Part shown: positions 28,868 through 38,294 of the stretch, piece after piece
Position numbering within the stretch: position 1 is the stretch's first letter
Layout: every line of letters starts with the position of its first letter
Origin: Smithellaceae bacterium
Lineage (GTDB): Bacteria; Desulfobacterota; Syntrophia; Syntrophales; Smithellaceae
Assembly (NCBI GenBank): GCA_963667845.2
Contig: CAXXVL010000002.1
Location: 2,720,001 to 2,784,000 of the forward strand
Direction of reading: 5' to 3'
DNA: 64,000 nt
The notes under the pieces: generated by a model
The model's input: the letters and a program-made list of their open reading frames with translations, nothing else
Told to the model about the DNA's origin: nothing
The model's database searches: none
Program-made: the position numbers and the translations under genes

Positions 28868-31567
28868 TCAAGCCGCTTCCAGCTTTACCGCGCAGACTTT
28901 ATATTCCGGAATCTTACCCGTCGGATCAAGTGCCGGATTGGTCAGAGCATTTACGGGGGCATTTGCAAAATGGAAGTTCATGAAAATCGACCCCGGCGCA
29001 CTTTTGGTCGTGACGAGGGCTTTTGCTTCGACCTGACCTCGTCTGGACGTGACCTTGACCAACTGTCCGTCGGAAATACCCAGCTGATCGGCATCATTCG
29101 GGTGGATTTCGACCAGACTTTCCGGATAACGTTCGGACGGTCCCTTGGCGCGGGTCGTCATCGTGCCGGTGTGGTAATGGTACAGGACGCGCCCCGTCGA
29201 GAGCAGGAATGGGTAATCTTTATCCGGTAATTCATTCGGCGGTATGGATTCAATGGCCGTGAAGAGTCCGAGGCCCCGCGAAAAACGGTCTTTATGAAGG
29301 AACTTCGTGCCCGGGTGATCCGGCGTCGGGCAGGGCCATTGCAGACCTTCCTTTTCCAGGCGTTGGTACGTGATCCCGGCGTAGCTTGGCGTTACGGTGA
29401 TCACTTCATCGAAAATATCTTCAGCGGATGCGTAGGTCATCGGATAGCCCATTTTATCGGATAGGCCGCAGATGACTTCCCAGTCCGCTCTGGCCTCGCC
29501 CGGGGCGTCCAGAGCCTTGCGCACGCGCTGCACGCGCCGTTCCGTATTGGTGAAAGTTCCGTCTTTCTCGGCAAATGAGGTTACGGGCAGAACGACATCG
29601 GCAATTTGCGCTGTCTCGGTCATGAAGATATCCTGAACAATCATCAGATCCAGTTTTTTCAGTTCTTCCTTCACATGATGCAGATCAGGGTCGGACAGCA
29701 GCGGATTTTCGCCCATGATATAAAGTGCCTTGATGGCGCCGCTGCCGGCTGCGGACATGATCTCCATCAGCGTCAGACCGGGTTTGGCAGAAAGCTTCGC
29801 GCCCCAGACCTTTTCGAATTTTTTGCGGACATCGTCATTTGCCACCGGTTGATACGCCGGATACACATTAGGCAGAGCACCCACATCACAGGCGCCCTGA
29901 ACGTTATTTTGTCCCCGGAGCGGATTGACGCCGCCTCCTTCGATGCCGACATTGCCGCAGAGCATTGAAAGATTGGCCGTGCTTTTCACGTTGTCGGTTC
30001 CGCTTACGTGCTGCGTCATGCCCATGGCATAAATGATACTGGCGCGGTTGGCACCGGCATACATCCGGGCGGCCTTCTTCAAATCTTCGGCCGGTACGCC
30101 CGAAATTGCTTCAACATAATCGGGCGTATATTTGGCAACCATGGCTTTAAGCGCGTCGAACCCTTCGGTTCTTTCGGCGACGTACTTCTTATCATAGAGG
30201 CCTTCCGAGATAATCACATTCATGAGACCGTTGAAAACAGCCACGTCCGTTCCCGGTTTCTGGCGGAGCCAGATGTCGGCGTATCTGACCAGATCAATTT
30301 CCCGCGGATCGATCACGATCAGCTTGGTGCCGTGCTGTTTGACGGCGCGTTTGACTTTCATGCCGATAATGGGATGATTTTCCGTCGTATTGGTGCCTGT
30401 TGCCAGAATCAAATCCGTAAATTCCAATTCAGCGATCGAATTGGTCATTGCACCGCTGCCGAATGTGGCGGCCAGACCGGCCACCGTTACGGAGTGTCAG
30501 AGACGGGCGCAGTGGTCGACATTGTTGGTGCCGATTGCCGCCCTCATAAATTTCTGGAAAAGATAGTTTTCTTCATTCGTGCAGCGCGCGGAAGAAAGAC
30601 CGGCGATGCTGTCCGCGCCTTTTGCTTTCTTGATGGCCGCCAGTTTATCGGCAATGAAAGTAAAGGCTTCGTCCCATGACGCTTCCGTGAATTCTCCGCC
30701 TTTTTTCATCCGGATCAGTGGTTTGGTCAGGCGGTCGGGGTGGGATACGAAATCCATGCCGAAGCGTCCCTTGACACAGAGACTGCCTTCATTCGGCTGG
30801 CCGTATTCGCGGTTTCCCATGACTTTGACGATTTTATTGTCCTTGGTGTAAAGGTCCATCTGGCAGCCGACTCCGCAGTATGCGCAGGTTGTGTGTACTT
30901 TATTGAGTTCCCAGGGACGGCCGGCGAATTTCGCCTGCTTGAAGGTGATGGCGCCCGTGGGGCAGACCTGGAGGCATTCACCGCAGAAGACGCATGATGA
31001 GTCAATGTAGTCAGCATCGAAAGCCGGGCCCACTTTAGCGCCGGAACTGCGTTTCGCGAAGTCCAGCACTTCATTCACCTGAATCTCATTGCAGGCACGG
31101 ACGCACCGGCCGCAAAGGATGCACTTGTTCAGGTCGCGATAGATCATGGTGTTGCTGCTGTCCAGTGCATAGCCGGGGGGCTCGATTTTGAAACGCGGTT
31201 TATCAATTTGCAGCCAGTATACCAGATTCTGGAGTTCGCACTGGCCGTTCTGCTCACACGTAAGACAGTTGTGATCGCCGGATGACCATAGAAGTTCGAC
31301 GATCATTTTCTGGGCGGCACGGACTGCCGGGGTGTTGGTGCGGACAACCATGCCCGGTGTGATCGGCATACAACATGCCGCAACCAGGCTTCGGGCGTTT
31401 TCGACTTCTACGACGCAAACCCTGCAGGCACCCACATTGGTCGTGTTTTGATAGTGGCAAAGCGTCGGGATAAAAATACCCATACCTCTGGCGCATTCCA
31501 GAATCGTTTGTCCGGGTGTTGCTGATCCTTCTTTCCCATCAATCGTAAGTGTAATCTTTTTTTCCAT
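28868..31567 (-). CDS. fdhA: Selenocysteine-containing formate dehydrogenase alpha subunit (899 aa) with an N-terminal NuoG-like Fe-S module
   Basis: The two ORF-track pieces are in frame across TGA 30497-30499, giving VDHCARL-U-HSVTVAGL. Also C-x2-C-x3-C (CAYCGVGC), LRGQNNVQG, and N-terminal [2Fe-2S]/[4Fe-4S] motifs. Confidence 0.95.
30467..30485 (-). promoter_or_regulatory. Bacterial SECIS element
   Basis: GGTGGCC-GGTCT-GGCCGCC hairpin beginning 11 nt after the UGA, the same geometry as the E. coli fdhF SECIS. Confidence 0.85.
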
Positions 31568-31831
31568 TTTTCCTCTCCCATCTTCAAAGATCGATATCCG
31601 ACGCTCGCTAGAAAAAGCTTAAAAATTTATGCCATTTTAAGCAAAATGACTTATAGTCGTTGACAACCGCTTTGTCAATTATGTCAATTATGTCATAATC
31701 TTATTTTGACTTGTATATTTCGGTTTTATTACGGAATTTAATGTACGCAATTCTCTAAATTCAGGAACTCTTGTTGTCAAATGGACGAAAGGTACTTATA
31801 CTAGGTCCCTGAATACCGAAAAGGAGTTGTC

Positions 31832-32947
31832 ATGTTATCAGGTGCCGAAAAGAATCATTATCAAGAAAACGTTAAAAAAATAAGTGAGTTAAGTTTCTCC
31901 GTGGGGGTTTATCGGCCGCCCAGTGAAGGAGGCAGTTCGTCGCTTCTGCTGCGCATTACTGAGAACTGTCCCTGGAACAAATGCACGTTTTGCGAAATGT
32001 ACAAAGAGCACCGGTTTGTTTATCGTCCGGTCGCGGACATTAAGGCTGATATCGATGCGGTAAAAATGATGGTGAACGAAATCGAGGAGGTTTCCAGGAA
32101 AATTGGCCAAAACGGCAAAATCAACAGGGAAGTTCTCCGCGCACTTCTGGCGGTTAACCCTTATTTGAATGAAAATCACTGCTTTTCCACGGTCTTCAGC
32201 TGGCTCTATTCCGGTGGAAGAACGGCTTTCTTACAGGATGCCAACAGTATGATCATGCGGCCTCATGAGTTCGTTGATGTGCTCAAATATCTGCGGGAAA
32301 CGTTGAGTACCCTAACGCGGGTGACGTCATACACCCGGTCGAAGACTCTGGCTCAGAGAAGTTTGGAGGAGTTGATTGCCGTACGCGAGGCGGGGCTGGA
32401 TCGGATTCACGTTGGTCTCGAAACGGGCGATGATGAAATCTTGAGCATTGTCCGTAAAGGCGTGACCAGTGCCGAGCAGATTGAAGGCGGCAAAAAGGCA
32501 ATGGCAGCCGGTTTTCAGCTTTCCGAATACTGGATGCCTGATCTGGGCGGCCGGGAACGCTGGCTTCAGCATGCCGAGAATACGGCCCGGGTGCTGAATG
32601 CGATCAACCCGCATTATATCCGCTCGCGTCCTTTCGTACCCCGTCAGGGGACGGAAATTTTCGAAGACTATGAGCAGGGACGCTTGCATATCTCGTCGCC
32701 GCATGAGCGGCTGGAAGAGCTCCGGGTCATGATTGAACATCTGAATGTAACGTCGCGCGTCTGTTTTGATCACAACATGAACTCGTGGACCAACCGCGGC
32801 GGCGGACTGCTTTTCCATATGGATTATGAAGGATACAAGTTCCCTGATGAAAAACAGCTTGTCCTGGATTTGATCTGCGAAGGGCTGTCCGTTGACGAAT
32901 CCCGCCATATCGATGTCAAAGAGCTTATCGCCATGGGATCGCTGTAA
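31832..32947 (+). CDS. Radical SAM protein of unknown function
   Basis: YRPPSE...CPWNKCTFC (CxxxCxxC), FLQDAN and HVGLETG. Confidence 0.9.
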   Translation: MLSGAEKNHYQENVKKISELSFSVGVYRPPSEGGSSSLLLRITENCPWNKCTFCEMYKEHRFVYRPVADIKADIDAVKMMVNEIEEVSRKIGQNGKINREVLRALLAVNPYLNENHCFSTVFSWLYSGGRTAFLQDANSMIMRPHEFVDVLKYLRETLSTLTRVTSYTRSKTLAQRSLEELIAVREAGLDRIHVGLETGDDEILSIVRKGVTSAEQIEGGKKAMAAGFQLSEYWMPDLGGRERWLQHAENTARVLNAINPHYIRSRPFVPRQGTEIFEDYEQGRLHISSPHERLEELRVMIEHLNVTSRVCFDHNMNSWTNRGGGLLFHMDYEGYKFPDEKQLVLDLICEGLSVDESRHIDVKELIAMGSL

Positions 32948-32950
32948 TAA

Positions 32951-32988
32951 GCGGCAACGGAGAAACTCTTTTTTTCCGTGCCGCCTTT
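32951..32988 (+). terminator. Probable intrinsic terminator
   Basis: GCGGCAACGGAGAAA...TTTTCCGTGCCGC followed by CTTT, directly after the stop codon. Confidence 0.6.
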
Positions 32989-33260
32989 GCGATTTATCCC
33001 GCCGGCTATCGCGCTCTTTGGCAAAAATTTTTAAAATATAAACAAAGTAATGTGTTGTTATTTTGCATCGGGGTCAACGGATATGCAAAAAATTTCCTGA
33101 TTTCCTGTCCAAAGGTTATTGATTCCTGATCGGTTTCATATTAGACTGTCCCACCATTCAAAAAAGAATATAACAAAAAACGAACAAATGAATTTTTGCG
33201 TCGTCTTTGCCGAAATTTAGCTGATTATTCAAAATCCGATATGCTTCGAAGGAGCGAAAC

Positions 33261-34676
33261 ATGAAGACAATGAAACTCAAGGCTAAACTGTTGTGGATAT
33301 TTGTTATAATGACAATCACATTCTTCGTCATTGGTTTGGTAACCCTTTTGACCGTTCAAGACAAAGTGATCGCCACAGCGCATGAAAAGCTCGAAGGAGA
33401 CCTGGCGATGGTCAAGGTCTATGTTGAAGATAAGTATCCCGGCAAGTGGTCTGTCCAGGATGGTAAACTTTTTAAAGGCGACACTTTGCTGAACAATAAT
33501 TTTGCCCTGGTGGATAAGATCGGGAGCAGCACCGGAGATAATGTCACAGTGTTCATGGGGGACACAAGAATCACGACCACTGTGAAAAACGGCGCCGGGG
33601 TCAGAGCAACAGGGACCAAAGCTGCGGATAATGTGGTTGACGCGGTTTTAAAGGGCGGAAAGAAATACATCGGCAAAGCGAAGGTTGTCGATGTCTGGAA
33701 TCAGACAGCTTATGAACCGATCAGGAATGAAAAAGGCGATGTGATCGGTATGCTGTTTGTCGGAATTCCCAACACCCATTATGATAAAGTGGTCATGGCG
33801 ATATCCGTCAGAATCATGATTTTCGGAGCGATCGGGTTTGTCATCGTTTTTCTCCTTGGATATTTTATCTATACATCCGTCGTCACTCCTGTTGTCCAAG
33901 TTATTTCCGGACTCACGGAAAGCGCCGTGCAGGTATCGGATGTCTCCGAAGAAGTGCTGCAGGCGGCAAGCCAGGTGGCTGAAGGTTCCAGTTCGCAGGC
34001 ATCCTCTGTGGAAGAAACGTCCGCTTCGCTCGAAGAGCTGGCGGCGATGACCACTCAAAATGCGGAGAATGCCTCTCAAGCCAAATCCATGATGCAGGAA
34101 TCGTCGCGGATCATTGACAGGGTGAACCATCATATGGAGGATATGGCGAAAGCGATTGGCGCAATCACGAAATCCTCCGAGCAAACGGGGAAGATCATCA
34201 AAATAATCGATGAAATTGCCTTTCAGACCAATCTGCTGGCGCTGAATGCCGCAGTGGAAGCGGCACGGGCAGGCGAGGCCGGGGCCGGATTTGCCGTGGT
34301 GGCGGATGAAGTGCGCAATCTGGCTATGCGCTCGGCCCAGGCTGCGAAAAACACGAGTGAGCTGATTGAAAATACAATTCTCGCGGTCAGGAACGGCAGC
34401 CAATTGACCAGTTCGACGCAGGACGCTTTCAAGGACAACATAGCGTTTTCCAAAAAAATCAGTGAACTGGTTGAGGAAATCGCAGCTGCATCCAAGGAGC
34501 AGGCCGAAGGGATCCAGAATATTGCCAAGGCCATTGCCGACATTGATAAAGTCACACAATCGTCAGCAGTTTACGCCGAACAATCTTCGGGAGCGGCGGA
34601 TAAGATGAACCGGGAAGTGGAAAATCTTAATAAACATGTCCGCTCACTTTCGAACGTGGTGGGCAGCGCCGCATAG
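33261..34676 (+). CDS. Methyl-accepting chemotaxis protein with a periplasmic Cache domain
   Basis: Two TM helices, [18 protein letters not shown] and [34 protein letters not shown]. Confidence 0.95.
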   Translation: MKTMKLKAKLLWIFVIMTITFFVIGLVTLLTVQDKVIATAHEKLEGDLAMVKVYVEDKYPGKWSVQDGKLFKGDTLLNNNFALVDKIGSSTGDNVTVFMGDTRITTTVKNGAGVRATGTKAADNVVDAVLKGGKKYIGKAKVVDVWNQTAYEPIRNEKGDVIGMLFVGIPNTHYDKVVMAISVRIMIFGAIGFVIVFLLGYFIYTSVVTPVVQVISGLTESAVQVSDVSEEVLQAASQVAEGSSSQASSVEETSASLEELAAMTTQNAENASQAKSMMQESSRIIDRVNHHMEDMAKAIGAITKSSEQTGKIIKIIDEIAFQTNLLALNAAVEAARAGEAGAGFAVVADEVRNLAMRSAQAAKNTSELIENTILAVRNGSQLTSSTQDAFKDNIAFSKKISELVEEIAAASKEQAEGIQNIAKAIADIDKVTQSSAVYAEQSSGAADKMNREVENLNKHVRSLSNVVGSAA

Positions 34677-34710
34677 TCTCAATGTCCCATGTGGCGTTAA
34701 TGGAAAACGG

Positions 34711-34748
34711 GGGCAAATGCAACTAGAGCGGGCAAATGCAACTGGAGC
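34711..34748. repeat. 19-nt tandem direct repeat, two copies
   Basis: GGGCAAATGCAACTAGAGC followed by GGGCAAATGCAACTGGAGC (one mismatch). Confidence 0.8.
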
Positions 34749-34809
34749 CACATAACCATGGAAATTCGGAAGCAAGGATCCCGCATGCCTGTCGCCGGAG
34801 AACAAAATG

Positions 34810-35877
34810 TCAATGAAGAATGCTTCGATCTGACTTTACGGGACGATTGCCCACTGAGAAATTCAGCGTCCGGCCTATGGAATGAAAATCCTTTTCCAGA
34901 AGACTGATGATGTCTTGCGCCGGCGCAACGTCTTTCCTTCCCGGGTAAATGTCATACCGGCTTTTGTAAATCTCCGGTGTGAAATCAGGCATTACGACAT
35001 TGGCGCCGGCCTGGAGAGCCTGCAGGCGCGCCTGGGGATGCAGTGTGGCGAGGGCCGTTGTCGCCGGAATGTTCGTATCGCGTGTCAAAAGCCTCGCGAC
35101 CGCCAACACGCGCAGCGTCAGATCGAGATCGTCAAAAACGATTCCGGCCAGAGGCGTTTCGGGGTGGGCGATGAAGGGACCGATACCCAGCATATCCGCA
35201 TCCAGCAGTTTCATCACCATGAGGTCGTCCGCCAGGATTTCCAATGTCTGCCCCGGCAGACCCACAATGTTTCCCGTTCCGGTTTCAAATCCGAGATGGG
35301 CGAGCGTTTTCAGACACTGAACTCGATAGTCCAATTGACACCCCGGGCGCAGATACTTGTAAAGGTCCAACGACGCCGTTTCATGTTTAAGCAGATAGCG
35401 ACTGGCGCCGGCCTGCCGGAATGCCCGGTAATCAGTGATAGGTCGCTCGCCGATGGAGAGCGTGATGATCAGTCCTGTTTCGCCATTGATCCGTTCCACC
35501 AGACGGCAGACTTTGTCCGCGGAATAGAAAGAATCCTCTCCGGATTGCAGGACGACCGTAGGGATGCCGGTTTTTTCGATTTGCTTTGCGGCGGCGAGAA
35601 TCTCATCATCGGTCATCCTGTAGCGGCTGAGGCTTTCGTTGCTTTTACGCAGGCCACAGTAAAGGCAGTTACGTTCGCAGATATTGGAAAACTCGATGAT
35701 GCCGCGCAGGAATATTTCGTCGCTGACTTCATTTTTCCGGACACGGTCGGCGGCGGCAAAAAGTTCCGCTGAACAGTCGGGGGAGAGCTTGAGAAGAGCG
35801 ATGACGTCCTCGCGGCGGAGTGTCTTGCCGATTTCGGCTCTGGTGATCAGGTCTTCACTTAGGCTAGATATAGACAT
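34810..35877 (-). CDS. hydE: [FeFe]-hydrogenase maturase HydE (radical SAM)
   Basis: RGIIEFSNICERNCLYCGLR, RYLLKHET, GIGPFIAHPETPL, PATTAL and GANVVMP. Confidence 0.93.
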   Translation of the reverse strand: MSISSLSEDLITRAEIGKTLRREDVIALLKLSPDCSAELFAAADRVRKNEVSDEIFLRGIIEFSNICERNCLYCGLRKSNESLSRYRMTDDEILAAAKQIEKTGIPTVVLQSGEDSFYSADKVCRLVERINGETGLIITLSIGERPITDYRAFRQAGASRYLLKHETASLDLYKYLRPGCQLDYRVQCLKTLAHLGFETGTGNIVGLPGQTLEILADDLMVMKLLDADMLGIGPFIAHPETPLAGIVFDDLDLTLRVLAVARLLTRDTNIPATTALATLHPQARLQALQAGANVVMPDFTPEIYKSRYDIYPGRKDVAPAQDIISLLEKDFHSIGRTLNFSVGNRPVKSDRSILH

Positions 35878-37258
35878 CGCGTTCTCCGTCGTTGATTTTT
35901 TTGAGCCGGTCGGTCACTACTTTCTTTCTTCTGGTTTTGAACGTGCTATCCAGCATTCCCTTTATCAGTTCTTCTCCCGCCTGCCGTGTCTGCGCACTCG
36001 CATAATCCAGGAGGTATTCCTTAAAGGAGAAAAGGGCATTCGTTTGGCAGAATTTCTGGATCAGTCCGGGTTTGGCCAGATCCATGAAGTCCTTGCCGGT
36101 GCGTCCCAGGCGATAACAGGCCGTGCAGAAGCTGGGGATATGGCCTCGCTCCGTAATATCCAGAATAACCTCGTCGAGGGTGCGCGTGTCGCCCAGATTG
36201 AACTGTGCGGCGCGAAACGCATCACTGCTGTCGTCCTGATAACCGCCGGGATTTGTGCGTGACCCGGCGCTGATCTGGGAAATGCCCAGGGCAAACACTT
36301 CCGAGCGCAGGGCGGGCGTTTCCCGGGTGGAAAGAATCATTCCAGTGTAGGGAACGGCCATGCGGAGGATGGCAACCAGTTTCTTAAAATCATGGTCGCT
36401 GACCGGATGCGGCGGTGCGATAGCCGCGGGCGCATTGAACGCGGGTTCCAGGCGGGGAACGGATATGGTGTGCGGTCCGACGCCGCAGTCTTTCTCGAGC
36501 TGCAGGGCATGCAAAAGCAGTCCCAGGACTTCATATTTGTAATCATAAAGCCCGAAGAGCGCTCCGATGCCCACGTCATTGATGCCGCCTTCCTGTGCGC
36601 GGTGCATCGCCGTAAGCCTCTTTACGTAATCTTTCTTGGGGCCGCTGGGGTGCATGATTTTGTAAGTCTCGTGATGGTACGTTTCCTGAAATAAGACGCA
36701 GGTGCCGATGCCCGTTTTTTTCAATTCTTTATATTCATTGACTTCGAGCGGCGCGATTTCCACATTAATCCGCCGGATCTCGCCGCCGTTTTCCGTTTTG
36801 ACGGCATAAGCCGTTTCAATGGCTTCCATGAAATATTCCAGACTGGAGCGGCTGGGATGTTCACCGCAGAGCATCAGCAGACGCTTGTGGCCTTCGCGTT
36901 CGAGAACCTGCACTTCTTTGGCGATTTGTTCCATCGTCAGGGCGACGCGGTTGAGCTCTTTGTTGTCGCGCCGGAAACCGCAGTACAGGCAGTTATTCGC
37001 GCAGAGATTGGCGACATAAAGGGGCGCAAACAAGACCAGCCGGTTGCCGTAAATATCTTCCTTGATTTTATGGGCCGTTTGCAGGATCAGTGAGACCAGT
37101 TCGTCGTCTTCCGTCTGCAAAAGGACGGCAACTTCGGGAGGCGTGAGGCCTTTGAGTTCGCGGGCTTTGTCGATAATTTCCCGAACTCTTTCATGAAGCG
37201 GGTTTTTGGATTTCTTCAGAATCGCTTCAATATTTGAATCATCAATAAAATCTTTCAT
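35864..37258 (-). CDS. hydG: [FeFe]-hydrogenase maturase HydG (radical SAM)
   Basis: FAPLYVANLCANNCLYCGF, FQETYH, GPHTISVPR and PSFCTACYR...C. Start is 37258 or 37270. Confidence 0.95.
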   Translation of the reverse strand: MKDFIDDSNIEAILKKSKNPLHERVREIIDKARELKGLTPPEVAVLLQTEDDELVSLILQTAHKIKEDIYGNRLVLFAPLYVANLCANNCLYCGFRRDNKELNRVALTMEQIAKEVQVLEREGHKRLLMLCGEHPSRSSLEYFMEAIETAYAVKTENGGEIRRINVEIAPLEVNEYKELKKTGIGTCVLFQETYHHETYKIMHPSGPKKDYVKRLTAMHRAQEGGINDVGIGALFGLYDYKYEVLGLLLHALQLEKDCGVGPHTISVPRLEPAFNAPAAIAPPHPVSDHDFKKLVAILRMAVPYTGMILSTRETPALRSEVFALGISQISAGSRTNPGGYQDDSSDAFRAAQFNLGDTRTLDEVILDITERGHIPSFCTACYRLGRTGKDFMDLAKPGLIQKFCQTNALFSFKEYLLDYASAQTRQAGEELIKGMLDSTFKTRRKKVVTDRLKKINDGERDVYI

Positions 37259-37281
37259 CGTGGTGTTCATCCTTTGTATTT

Positions 37282-37530
37282 TTACACCTTTGTCAGAGAC
37301 GCTTTCACCGAAACGCCCGGTAGCGCGCCGAGTTTTCCGGTAAGCGCGCCGATGGTGTCCGTGGAAGCGTGGACGATGAGGGCAATGATGTGCAGATTTG
37401 CGGGCGCATAGGGAAGTCCCATGCGGCCGATGATCATGTCGCCGAAGTCGCAAAGGATCTGGTTGATCTTCTGCGCCTGGCGGGCGCGATCGGTGATGAT
37501 AATGGTGACGGTGCCGATGCGTTTATCCAT
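37282..37530 (-). CDS. TM1266-family iron-only hydrogenase system putative regulator (ACT-like)
   Basis: IIGRMGLPY and IGALTGKLGALPGVSVK; directly upstream of hydG. Confidence 0.88.
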   Translation of the reverse strand: MDKRIGTVTIIITDRARQAQKINQILCDFGDMIIGRMGLPYAPANLHIIALIVHASTDTIGALTGKLGALPGVSVKASLTKV

Positions 37531-37588
37531 TTTTCCCCTCAAAACCCACGGGCGTTCCGCCCTCCGCTGTGCGGGATAGTTCGCTCTA

Positions 37589-37620
37589 CAAGTTTCAGCG
37601 CGCTGCGCTTCTGAAACTTG
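37589..37620. repeat. REP-like palindrome in the leader
   Basis: CAAGTTTCAG-cgcgctgcgctt-CTGAAACTTG. Confidence 0.5.
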
Positions 37621-37629
37621 AGGCTCATT

Positions 37630-37735
37630 AAAAAAGGTTTGATCCCCGGAAGAATCAAACCTTTGTAGAACGAAAGACTTAAACTTCCCTCAAGATCAGA
37701 AATTTCCTCCCTCTCAGGCGCGACTAATTGTCTTT
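37630..37735 (-). ncRNA. Candidate riboswitch/attenuator in the TM1266-hydG-hydE leader
   Basis: Intrinsic terminator at 37630-37664 inside a 5' leader, with overlapping antiterminator and anti-antiterminator pairings (see findings). Confidence 0.6.
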
Positions 37736-37737
37736 AC

Positions 37738-37765
37738 AGTATCTTCATTGCAGCGGGTTTGTCAA
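37738..37765 (-). promoter_or_regulatory. Candidate sigma70 promoter for the hydG leader
   Basis: TTGACA-N16-GATACT. Confidence 0.5.
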
Positions 37766-37796
37766 CGAAGATTTTACGTCGATCTTAAAATAGGCC

Positions 37797-37834
37797 TTGA
37801 CCAGCCGGTAGTATGTTTTATATTATCGTAACAC
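37797..37834 (+). promoter_or_regulatory. nikR promoter overlapped by a candidate NikR operator
   Basis: TTGACC (37797) with TATATT/TATTAT as -10; GTAGTAT-N13-GTAACAC at 37808-37834. Confidence 0.6.
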
Positions 37835-37857
37835 GTCTCATCCTGGGAGAAATGATT

Positions 37858-38274
37858 ATGTCAAAGCTTGTGCGGTTCGGCGTGTCCCTGGAAGAAGATC
37901 TGCTGGTCAAGTTCGACCGGCTGATCAGGCAAAAGAAATACACGAACCGCTCGGAAGCGATTCGTGACCTGATTCGCGATGAATTGGTGAAGAAGGAATG
38001 GACGGAAAACAAAGAAGTAACCGGGGCCATTACACTGGTTTACGATCACCACACCCGGGAGCTGGTCACCAAAGTACTCGATATCCAGCATGACTATCAC
38101 GCGTGCATTCTATCCACGCAGCATATTCACCTGGACCATCATAATTGCTTCGAAATCATTGTGACCCAGGGGAAATCCAAGGAAATCGAATCGCTCTATC
38201 AGAAGCTCAAGTCCCTCAGGAGCGTGAAGCACGCTGGCTTCATGATGGCGACCAAAGGAAAGGATTTGGCCTGA
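37858..38274 (+). CDS. nikR: Nickel-responsive regulator NikR
   Basis: RFGVSL...YTNRSEAIRDLIR (RHH), YDHH and HIHLDHHNCFE. Confidence 0.95.
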   Translation: MSKLVRFGVSLEEDLLVKFDRLIRQKKYTNRSEAIRDLIRDELVKKEWTENKEVTGAITLVYDHHTRELVTKVLDIQHDYHACILSTQHIHLDHHNCFEIIVTQGKSKEIESLYQKLKSLRSVKHAGFMMATKGKDLA

Positions 38275-38294
38275 TGTTTGCGAGGCCCTAACCG

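Noticed and set aside
28868..31567. FDH pseudogene or two-gene split, as in the ORF track
   Set aside because: The in-frame UGA at the catalytic Sec position and the SECIS explain it.
33061..33216. TTTTGCAT-N14-ATGCAAAA dyad and a sigma28-like GCCGAAAT upstream of the MCP gene
   Set aside because: AT-rich context and poor -35 match and spacing; plausible but not supportable by eye.
34711..34748. Possible CRISPR repeat or c-di-GMP-I riboswitch (GGCAAA)
   Set aside because: Only two abutting copies with no spacers or cas genes, no GNRA/receptor hairpins, and not in a 5' UTR.
35864..37258. thiH/bioB call for the radical SAM pair
   Set aside because: The C-terminal CTAC-x22-C cluster motif and the TM1266/hydE/hydF context indicate HydG and HydE.
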